DNA of 64,000 nt from Epithemia pelagica. Taxonomy: Eukaryota > Protista > Bacillariophyta. The stretch covers positions 2,728,001 through 2,792,000 of the forward strand of contig OX337235.1 of assembly GCA_946965045.2 (NCBI GenBank). Reading direction: 5' to 3'. This document shows positions 29,562-38,031 of the stretch, piece after piece. A program made the translations under genes and the position numbers. The first letter of the stretch is position 1, and each line of letters opens with the position of its first letter. Below the pieces are notes generated by a model that was not told the DNA's origin, made no database searches, and saw only the letters and a list, made by a program, of their open reading frames with translations.

Positions 29562-30902
29562 CTAAATTTCTTTTCCTACCTTGTCATCATTCTGGTCAAT
29601 GTTCTGGTCTTCAGGTGTTAGAGTGTGTTGCGGTCGGAGCTGACCCGCAGGCGTTGTAGTGTTCTGTTGCGGTTGGACCTGTTGCGGTTGGACCTGTCCC
29701 ATTACATTGGGTGCAAGCAACATGAGCAAGTTACTCTGTTGCTGCATCATCATTTGTAGCATTGATTGTTGCATAGCCATTGACTGTTCCGCACGACGCT
29801 CGTCTCTCTCACGTCGCTCGTCATCACGCTTCTGTCGCTCTTCTTTCTCACGGTCTTCTTTCTCTCTGCGAAACTTTCTTTCTTTCTCTTCCGCATCTTG
29901 ACGATTCTGCTGCGACACCATCATGAATTTCATGATAGCGTCAGTTTTGTCGTCGGAGTAAATTGTTCGCTTGCGTCGACTTTTCGTATCCGACCGAAGG
30001 GGCTTTGATCCATGCGGCTTGAGACTTGTTTTGGGGGTCTCTAGATTTCCCTCCTTGTCTTGCTTCTCTCCTTGTTGATCGTCTGCTTCTTCGTCGTCTT
30101 CTTCATCTTCTCCGTAGTCTGCTTCTCCATCTGCAACACTCTCTCCTTCTGACGAGGTCGAGTCGAAGCCAATGTCGTGTCTGTTTGGCTTTTCGCCAAC
30201 ATCACATCGTGTTTGGATGTTGATGAGGATCTGTTTGGCCGCCTTCACTTCGTCGGGACAATGTGGATCTCCCGTAGGAATCTTTCTCCCATGTAGCGCA
30301 CCAAAACGGCGTTTGAGAGATTCCCTGTCCCTGAGGCGGTCGGACGCCTTGAACCTTTCGTTGTAGGCGTCCGTTACTCGATCCCAATCGTATTGCCCTG
30401 CAGGTTCTATGGCGGAAATAAGATCAAGGAGGTACCAGGTCTCGTCTTCAGTGAAGTTCCTCCCTCTCGCTCTACCTGGTCCTCCATTACCCTTTTTTGC
30501 GTGTGATACGCTTCCTTTTTTCGCTTTGGTTGTTGTGTTCGATGTTGCTGTGTTTTTTCCGGAGGCTGTAGGAGCTGATGTTGGAGCAGTCTTCTTTGCC
30601 TTCTTGGCTTTGGCCTTCTTGTCGTTGTTTTGCTCTTGTAGGAGTCTCTTAATGCGGAGTCGGGGTGACTCACGTCGCACTGGTGGGACACTTGTTGCTG
30701 CAGGAGTGGGAGGGACGCTGGTTTTTGTCAAATTCAGTTGTTCGGACAAGTCAGGAGGTCCCTGTGTGACTGGCATCTGGGTCGGGGCATCTTCCTCCTC
30801 TGACTCCTCTGAGGTGAAGTCGTCCTGGTTTTGGGCCAAGCCTGCCTCGACTTCGGCAAAGGCTCTCTCCATCTTCTTTTCAAGATCCTCGGCCATTGTC
30901 AA
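29562..30902 (-). CDS. Myb/SANT-like DNA-binding accessory protein of the Harbinger-type element
   Basis: RGRNFTEDETWYLLDLI...WDRVTDAYNERF...SLKRRF...PTGDPHCP, followed by a coiled-coil, Gln-rich tail. Confidence 0.75.
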   Translation of the reverse strand: MTMAEDLEKKMERAFAEVEAGLAQNQDDFTSEESEEEDAPTQMPVTQGPPDLSEQLNLTKTSVPPTPAATSVPPVRRESPRLRIKRLLQEQNNDKKAKAKKAKKTAPTSAPTASGKNTATSNTTTKAKKGSVSHAKKGNGGPGRARGRNFTEDETWYLLDLISAIEPAGQYDWDRVTDAYNERFKASDRLRDRESLKRRFGALHGRKIPTGDPHCPDEVKAAKQILINIQTRCDVGEKPNRHDIGFDSTSSEGESVADGEADYGEDEEDDEEADDQQGEKQDKEGNLETPKTSLKPHGSKPLRSDTKSRRKRTIYSDDKTDAIMKFMMVSQQNRQDAEEKERKFRREKEDREKEERQKRDDERRERDERRAEQSMAMQQSMLQMMMQQQSNLLMLLAPNVMGQVQPQQVQPQQNTTTPAGQLRPQHTLTPEDQNIDQNDDKVGKEI

Positions 30903-30953
30903 GGGTGGAGGTACAAAGCGAAGAAGTCAAGGGTGGACGTACAAAGCGAAGAA
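30899..30953 (+). repeat. Subterminal direct repeat TCAAGGGTGGA(G/C)GTACAAAGCGAAGAAG, two copies
   Basis: Seen directly, just upstream of the Myb-like gene inside the element. Confidence 0.8.
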
Positions 30954-31342
30954 GAGGCTCGAGAAAAGGACGAGATGCTCGTGGTGGTAAGCTTTTTCCT
31001 TCTTGTATGGGGGGGGATATATCATATACATGTATGGACATATATATATACATGCGCTGAGAATAAGTTTGTGTCGAAAGTTCATAAGCCGAGGCCTACC
31101 CCCGGACAAATTTTGCCTTAAACGGATCTTAATTTCTCAGCGAACAGGTTATGGGCTCAAGTTTAGGAACGATTTTTTTTTAGGATTTGGGGGTTATGAC
31201 TTACAGTAGAGTTCCACTCTCAGATTGCAGACACTTCTACTTCTTGTTTTCCGACTCGGTCTCCACCAGCGGCATTGACAGTTGCTTTTTGTTGACACAA
31301 CAACAAAAACAGGGCACGTTTCGTTGCAAGCAAAAAAGAGGA

Positions 31343-32185
31343 ATGAGTTCTAACAATCAGCATCAGCAGCAACAAGATGGAAGAAGCCGCAGCAACCCGC
31401 CCGTTTTGAGCGGTTCCGTGCGTGCAAGGGATTTCGATGACGAAACGTCGTCGCCTGAGACCAGACGCCCGCGAAGATTGCGCGACGATGAAGATGATAC
31501 TACGGCTTATGAACATCGACACGTGCTATGCTTTGCTGCTCGTAACCGGAGGGGTCGTTTTTATATTCCCGTGACGAACAACGATTTCGGTGGAATTCTA
31601 GTAGACCATGTGTTGCTCGATTCAGGTTGCAGCACACTCTTGTTGCCATTTCCATTGACTGCAGGCTTTCCAAATGTTTTCTGTACGAGCAAATACTTTT
31701 GGACGGTGTCTTCTTCTAGGGGTTCTGGAGCTATTCACTCTCCAGTTCTCAAAATAAAGCTCCGTCTCGGTGGAGAATTTCCCCTCACCCTTGCGAACAA
31801 AGAGCAGCCTCCCCTCGCAATTCTGCGATTTCACATTGGAAGTCAAGCCGCCAATATGCTTTTAAATACGCACCATTATCGCGCCATACTGGATGCCAAC
31901 TCTGTCACGAAACTCAACGATTTCCGCGGTGCCCTAGGTGATCGGACCTCCCCAGAACGTACGTATGCGTTGCTTGGACAGAGTAACTTTTCTCGCTTCA
32001 TGTATTGCCAGCTGGGTGACGTTGCCATTGCGCTATCGAGGGATTTTGACGGATGCCAAAATATTTTGGACATCATGGCACAATACGAGAGAAAAATGGC
32101 TCCTTTGGTAGCAGCATTTGACAGATTTCATGACTTGGAGGACGACGATGGAGACGGCAATGAGGAAGAGTATCGCTTGTCCTAG
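31343..32185 (+). CDS. Stand-alone retropepsin-like (aspartic protease fold) protein
   Basis: VLLDSGCSTLLLP (D-S-G) and a later YALLGQS motif; ATG 31343 is in frame with track ORF 31187; acidic tail. Confidence 0.5.
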   Translation: MSSNNQHQQQQDGRSRSNPPVLSGSVRARDFDDETSSPETRRPRRLRDDEDDTTAYEHRHVLCFAARNRRGRFYIPVTNNDFGGILVDHVLLDSGCSTLLLPFPLTAGFPNVFCTSKYFWTVSSSRGSGAIHSPVLKIKLRLGGEFPLTLANKEQPPLAILRFHIGSQAANMLLNTHHYRAILDANSVTKLNDFRGALGDRTSPERTYALLGQSNFSRFMYCQLGDVAIALSRDFDGCQNILDIMAQYERKMAPLVAAFDRFHDLEDDDGDGNEEEYRLS

Positions 32186-32299
32186 GATGCTGGTTCAGAA
32201 AATGAGGTGGACGAGCCGGATGACCGCTAGCTAGCCAGGAGAGGAAGATGTGACAACGACAACATTCGATCTGCAGAAGCCATCTCGTTTCTTTCGATT

Positions 32300-33450
32300 C
32301 ATTGTTTCAAGTACGCGGCTGCAACGAGTGAGGTTTGGCTGACTAGTTGGTTGAGGATCCAAGGGATTTTTCCATGTCGGATTCTGGTCGAGACACACGT
32401 CCTATGCAGCGCTTGCAGTTCCACCTGCATTGTCCTGGGAAACTTGCTGAGAAATTGAGGTGGACGAGTTAGCAGGAGAGGACCTTGGGATTTGTCGAAC
32501 GGAAGAGCAGGCCAATCGTTTATAATCCCAGACCGCAACTCTCCGAAGCGTCGGATCGAGTGGAAGACTATCTCTGTCAGTTGCAACAGTGTTATGAGGA
32601 GAAACGGGCGCACAAAAGTATTGGCCCACACCTCCTTCCTTTATTGTGCCATGATCCATGATGGAGACACACAACCAATCCACGCGCCTTTGATCGAATT
32701 CAAGATCTCTTCGACGAAATGATTGACAAGGGTGATGTGTCCGAGCTCGATTCAAAGGCCCTGACCCGAGTCTGTCATGCCTTTTCCGACTGTCATCATC
32801 TGCATGTACTGGATGCCGCGCGACGCATTCTCGATGACATGTCGAGGCCCCATCAACCGGCGTTCGGAAAACCCACGCGACATACCTTCTCGGCTCGACC
32901 GTTCTGTCAGCTTCTGGTCATGAGGAACGGGTAGAGGAAGCCCAATGCCTCCTTATCATTGTAGAAGAATTTCCAGAGAGTAAGGGAGATTCAAATCTTC
33001 ACCGAATGCCGTCTGCTTCAATGCCTTGATCTGGGTCTGGGCCAGATCCGGAGATGCTTCTCGGATGTCGAAGCCATTCTTCTTCATGTGGTCGCAGCCA
33101 TGGACACAACAGGGGCAGATGGAAGTCGAAGTGAACTGCTGCTATACCAGAAAAACTTGGCCGGTGTCCTGACTTCGCTCAGGGAACCAGATGCCGCCCG
33201 TTGCCGAGATTATCCAACAATTGGAATATTCTTGAAAGAGCAACAGTGCAATATAGACAACCCGGCATTTACTGGCATTTACCATGGGCTCTTGACGTGT
33301 TCGTGAGGGCGAGATGAGCTCCGATGTGCTCATGGCACAACAGTACACTTCAATGTGGCCATTGCGGCCCGGTGAATGCCGCTAGCTGCAATTTCCAAAT
33401 TTGGTGCATGGCCGTGGAAAACTCCAGGTTAGATCGAGGGTCTCTTTCTT
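32300..33450 (+). pseudogene. Degraded PPR pseudogene
   Basis: PPR-like peptides in shifting frames interrupted by stops: VLDAARRILDDM, CFNALIWVWARSGD (~33015-33060) and TTVHFNVAIAAR. Boundaries approximate. Confidence 0.5.
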
Positions 33451-33674
33451 CTTAAGGAAGCGCCTTCAGGAAATTCATGCGAGCCTGGTGTCGTCGAACA
33501 GGGTGGACTCGTCGACGAAGACGACGAAAACCCACTCGACCAGGACGTTTGCTGAGCTCCCGCATTGTTCGAATTGTTTTCAACGGGGCATTTGGACTTG
33601 TCTATTCCAAACAGTGATGTACTTCTCTCTAAACTGTATAAGTATGGTGTGGTATTAAGGCTGCTGTCTCTGCG

Positions 33675-33831
33675 TTCCACCAGGCGTTCAGCGTCCATTC
33701 GATGCAGTCAAACGCAGGCTGCAACTCACATGCAGCGCCAACTCGTCTGCCATTCTTTGTGAGTTTGAGCGTCATGTGGGCGTTCCAAGAATATGGTCAA
33801 CAGAGCACGAACAAAGGATGTTGGTGTTGGG
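33675..33831 (-). repeat. Duplicated 5' fragment of the prolyl-hydroxylase-like gene (copy of ~37249-37410)
   Basis: Near-identical sequence ttccaccaggcgttcagcgtcc...gatgttggtgttggg at both positions. Confidence 0.9.
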
Positions 33832-34358
33832 CCATTTCGTCCCACTCAGCAACAATCAAGGCCATTATCATCCCTTGTTCATCGCCCACTGGGACAACAC
33901 CAGCCGCAGCCCCCCTCTCGCAAGCAACAGGGGAAGTGCAGGTTGGCTTACACTGGTTTCCTTCGCTTCCGTTTCAGCAAGTTCAGGTACTCTTTGACAG
34001 CGCTTTCGCGCGACTTTGCATCTTTTCCTCACGGTACTTGTACGCTATCGGTCTCTCACCAGTATTTAGCCTTTGATGAAATTTACCACCACCTTAGAGC
34101 TGTTATCCCAAACAACGCGACTCCAAAGCCAATTCTCACGCATGTGGACGAACGGGAGTCTCACCCTCTCTGTTGCCCCGTTCTAGGGGACTTGGTCCAC
34201 TAGCTGAATGAAAAGGCAACCACAATTCGACAAAGTCGATTCACAAGAAGGCCTATTGGCGCTTCACTCGCCGTTACTGGACCAATCCTAGTTAGTTTCT
34301 TTTCCTCCGCTTATTAATATGCTTAAATTCAGCGGGTCCTCTTGTTTGAGCTGAGATC
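33832..34358 (-). rRNA. Divergent 28S (LSU) rRNA 5' fragment, from the 5' end through D1-D2
   Basis: The minus strand carries conserved LSU motifs in correct order: ACCCGCTGAATTTAAGCATAT, AAGCGGAGGAAAAGAAACTAAC, AGTAACGGCGAGTGAAGCG, GAGGGTGAGACTCCCGT, GACCGATAGCGTACAAGTACCGTGAGG, GAGTACCTGAA, GAAGCGAAGGAAACCAGTG and GACGAAATGG. It stops just before the post-D2 core. Confidence 0.92.
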
Positions 34359-36357
34359 AGGGACATAAGACATGAGGATGCATCGCATGTTCATATTGAC
34401 CACCATTTCACACAACCAAGCAAACGGAGAAAGTCGAGAACGATGATAGCTCGTTGCTCGCTGAGGACCACAGGGGCTCCTACGTACTTGAGCCGAGCAC
34501 TCGCTTTGGCGTCCATTCTCGCATTACTTCCTCCCAGGTGAATCGGTGCCTTTAGGATGGTCAGGAAACTATATTACGCGACCACCGTCGACTGAAAGCG
34601 ACAACTCTACAAGGTCGGACTTCGAAGCAAACTCCTTCAACGGGCCAATTAACTCAAAAAGATCTAAAAAATTGGCCCGGCCCTTGACATTTCGGTCCCA
34701 CCAACCTGAAAACGTAGACCCAGCTTCTGGTCCGCTAACGACCGGACGGAAAAGTTGTAGGAGGTATAACATAGACTCCAAATCATGCGATTTCTCCATT
34801 CCCAGAGAGCCTACGGTTGAGTCCGCAATGGCCTGTACAACATCTTGAGCACGCCCGCCATCTGAGCCATCCCGTTTCAGAAGACGCAACGTCGAAGGAT
34901 ACCGCTCCCCCTCGCGTCGACAAAAATCAAAGTCAACGATCATTCCCGTATGCAAAATGCAATTAAGCAACCGTATGTCGCCATGAACAAAACCTTTTCC
35001 ATGCAGTGTCTGCAAGTTCTCCAAAAGCCGTCCGAGCATGGCTGCCGGAACGCGGTGGAACCACTTCTGTCCATCTTCTCTGCCATAAAATTTGGTTGTG
35101 ACAATACAGAGATCATCGTCGATTTCAGTTTCTTCTGCGTTCGGGTCGATAAATTCTCTGACTAACTCGATGTTCGGCTTCCTACGATCTTGTTCCGCAA
35201 CATTGCGGTCGCGATAATCGTAACCCTTGACGACTTTTCTGCTTTTTTTGTGGAGTGATGTGACGTTGCTCAGCATGTACTCCATGAAAGTGCCCTTGAT
35301 TTCAGTCTTGTAGTTTTGAAGGTAACCCTTGATTCCCGAGATGAGCATCTTGAGACCAGCTTCGTTCTGGCCTTCCATCAACATAACCTTGCGGAATGGA
35401 GGTTTATTCGACTCGGAGATCCAAGGAACAATCCCAAATGCTCTAATGTTCAAACAGTTCATGTCTGTGCCATGAACTTGAACTCCGAGTACTGATCGCT
35501 GTGAAACGCTCATGTAGTCCGTTCCATAGCACGCTGATTGGGCTTCGAAATCGTCAAAATTGTTCCGAGGCTTGTACTCCAACAAAACAGCGACCTGCCC
35601 ATCACCGGAAGTTGTCTCCTCGCAGAATACAGCGATATCAACGTCCTGCTTTGACGATGGTTTGCTATCTGGGAGGATTGGGGTTTGGTGAACGACAGTG
35701 CAATCATCTGAGCGCAGTTCGTGCGCCAGGATTCTGCCTAACTGGCAACTTCGAGGAGTCTCGAGGTCAGTCGTTCGTCCTTCTTTCGGGCACCATGCCG
35801 TCACCTGTTCATTCATGATTCTGCGTGCGGTTGCGGAAAATTCAAAGCTCTTTTTCATTGCCTTCAGGAAAGCAATGTACGATGGAACATGAACAAAGGA
35901 TCCGTACATAAACCCACTAGGCAAAACATCCCTTTCGTACAACTTTCTCTTGTTGGTATCAGTCCCAAGGGTAGATGCTGAATGATCAAAAGTAGGTGGG
36001 GGGACATAATCAATGATTCTTTGTGTTTGCCTATTTGCGTTGTCGATCAGCAAGTCCGCAATCTGAGGGATACGCTGCCGATCTAAAACTCCTCCGGCTA
36101 ATAAGGTTAGAACAATACCTTCACACACTAATGTCGCTGCGTCACGCCAAAATTCATCCGACCTCATCGGAGCATCATTGCGTTTCTTCACCGCATTGAC
36201 CAGCGCCTCAATGTATTCTTCCTTCGTAGATTCTGACATTTTGGTTGGTCCCTCTTCTTCGTCTCTCTCTTTTCATGGTTTCCCCAAGGTCGTCATTATG
36301 ACAATACACCACCGACCAGGCCGGCTTGAACGGATGAAGGACGGACTGTCCATTCAT
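34253..36357. repeat. 2.1-kb segmental repeat, copy 1 (direct repeat of 53779-55861)
   Basis: Near-identical sequence; three indels (2, 9 and 11 nt) account for the 22-nt length difference. Confidence 0.95.
34569..36239 (-). CDS. PD-(D/E)xK nuclease plus atypical protein kinase (Crinkler/CR-effector-like architecture), copy 1
   Basis: DVDIAV...VAVLLEYK nuclease-like motif; kinase motifs LHGKGFVHGDIRLLN, MIVDFDFC and HDLESMLY. Confidence 0.65.
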   Translation of the reverse strand: MSESTKEEYIEALVNAVKKRNDAPMRSDEFWRDAATLVCEGIVLTLLAGGVLDRQRIPQIADLLIDNANRQTQRIIDYVPPPTFDHSASTLGTDTNKRKLYERDVLPSGFMYGSFVHVPSYIAFLKAMKKSFEFSATARRIMNEQVTAWCPKEGRTTDLETPRSCQLGRILAHELRSDDCTVVHQTPILPDSKPSSKQDVDIAVFCEETTSGDGQVAVLLEYKPRNNFDDFEAQSACYGTDYMSVSQRSVLGVQVHGTDMNCLNIRAFGIVPWISESNKPPFRKVMLMEGQNEAGLKMLISGIKGYLQNYKTEIKGTFMEYMLSNVTSLHKKSRKVVKGYDYRDRNVAEQDRRKPNIELVREFIDPNAEETEIDDDLCIVTTKFYGREDGQKWFHRVPAAMLGRLLENLQTLHGKGFVHGDIRLLNCILHTGMIVDFDFCRREGERYPSTLRLLKRDGSDGGRAQDVVQAIADSTVGSLGMEKSHDLESMLYLLQLFRPVVSGPEAGSTFSGWWDRNVKGRANFLDLFELIGPLKEFASKSDLVELSLSVDGGRVI

Positions 36358-36616
36358 GTTTTTTGCACTAGGTAGGTAGAACCAATATGCCACAAGAACG
36401 TCCTTTGATGGATGAACGCCATTTTAGCTGCGGTGTACATTGCACTGATTCATTTTGCTAGGTTCAAGCTCAGTATGGCGACCAAAGCCAGGACAAAACT
36501 TCATAGTTCGCATGAGAACGGCACACTCGTGCAACACTCCTTCGACTCGCGCAAGTGTCGATCAAAGCATGTTATGTATGTGTTATGATAACGGTTGACA
36601 GATAATTGATCACAGT

Positions 36617-37349
36617 TCACGTCGCTGCGATGCAACATATTCTTCTGGTGTTGCATGAATCTCGAATGACACTGCCGGCACTTTCCGGGTGAGCCTGGAC
36701 TGCATGGTCTGCCATTGTGTTGCGACGGCCATCTTTATCGTAGTTTAGCCAGGTAAAGGCCGGCCCTTTCTTTGGAACAATAGTCACATTAGCATTGGGA
36801 AATATAGTACCTGCACCGCCGTCAGTAAGATACATGAGGAACGTCATAGCGCGCTTGTCATGGTGCAAATGCATCGGAGTGGTACCTCCGCTTGTGCGCT
36901 GAAACTTTGCATAGGGATGTGTCAATTCAATGTCAGTATCCCACATGGCTTTGGCTTTATCTTGCAAGGAAATGATGAAGTTGGCATCCTCTTTTTGGAC
37001 CATCACAAACCTTATCCTCTGAGATCTTGAAACAGGTCTTTCCTTGACTTGGATGAGCATTGAGGGCATCCTTCTTCTCATCTCTACATGGACCAAACAT
37101 GTTGAAATCATTGCCGTACTTTTGAGCTAGGACAAGCAACTTGTCAACTTCCTCACTGGTCAGAAAGTCTTCAAAGGACCATATGCCAGGATTTGCCGCT
37201 ATCAGATGGCCCTTTCCTTCTTTGGGCCGAGCCCACGGTTCAGTACTATTCCACCAGGCGTTCAGCGTCCATTCGATGCAGTCAAACGCAGGCTGCAACT
37301 CACATGCAGCGCCAACTCGTCTGCCATTCTTTGTGAGTTTGAGCGCCAT
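36617..37349 (-). pseudogene. Prolyl-4-hydroxylase-like 2OG-Fe(II) oxygenase with a frameshift near 36990
   Basis: Frame 1 has IWSFEDFLTSEEVDKLL; frame 2 has LHHDKRAMTFLMYLTD...GTIFP...PKKG...HAVQ. No plausible intron at the switch. Confidence 0.6.
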
Positions 37350-38031
37350 GTGGGCGTTCCAAGAATATGGTCAACAGAGTACGAACAAAGGATGTTGGTG
37401 TTGGTGTTGGGCGTTGGGCGATTGCACCATCACCAATCACCAATCACCATACTAAAATGTCTACCTCCTAGCGGGTTTGAGAGTTCTATGGTCTTTCCGT
37501 CAATCATTGGGGGTGGAGGAAGTCTCTCCGTAGTCCGTAGTTCCCGCTAGATAATCAAAAATACCGGGTAATCCTTGTTTTACAGGATTTCAGTGGAAAC
37601 CCGGATAATTGCGACACCATTTTTGAAAAATTCATCTCTTTCCTCTATAGTGGTACAGCTTACCCCCAAAACAGTCGGTGACACCCGTACTACCTTCACC
37701 CCGCCACGTTTTTTCCCTATATTCCCCTTCTATTCTTTTAAGGGCAAACGGCGCCGTTATTTAATTTTTTTCCATCAACCTTACACTAAGAAATTGTATT
37801 GTATTTTAATCTCTTCAATGTCGTTACGCTGGCAATGTGGTAAGCGTTTTCCCCCCTGCCGCAAATTCCCTACCCCCAAGCAGGGGCGAGAATCTGGTCG
37901 CACAAAAAGAAGAATCTCTATTCTCACCCCCAAGGCGCGACGGAAAGTCCCCGAGGTTGATACAAAACTCCAAAACCACACATGCATTCATCACGGTGTT
38001 GGAGGTGCAGTGGTTGATAACAAAGTCTATA

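Larger units (their letters stand above)
28080..31209. mobile_element. PIF/Harbinger-superfamily DNA transposon with convergent transposase and Myb/SANT-like genes
   Basis: Inverted repeat CTACTGTAAGTCATAA at 28080-28095 (second copy 28162-28177) versus TTATGACTTACAGTAG at 31194-31209, enclosing the two genes. Confidence 0.85.

Noticed and set aside
34480-34540. Possible 5.8S rRNA remnant upstream of the LSU fragment (GTAATGCGAG on the minus strand)
   Set aside because: Only a ~9-nt resemblance; the other conserved 5.8S motifs are absent. The spacer may be partly ITS2, but this cannot be shown by eye.
36982-37005. Tiny GT-AG intron repairing the hydroxylase frameshift
   Set aside because: It would be ~22 nt, far shorter than the ~80-120 nt introns seen elsewhere in the window.
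37520-37540. 9-10 bp TSD for the Academ-like element
   Set aside because: Flanks at the candidate TAG/CTA termini (gtctctccg versus cgagtaggt) do not match, and alternative termini tested also failed.
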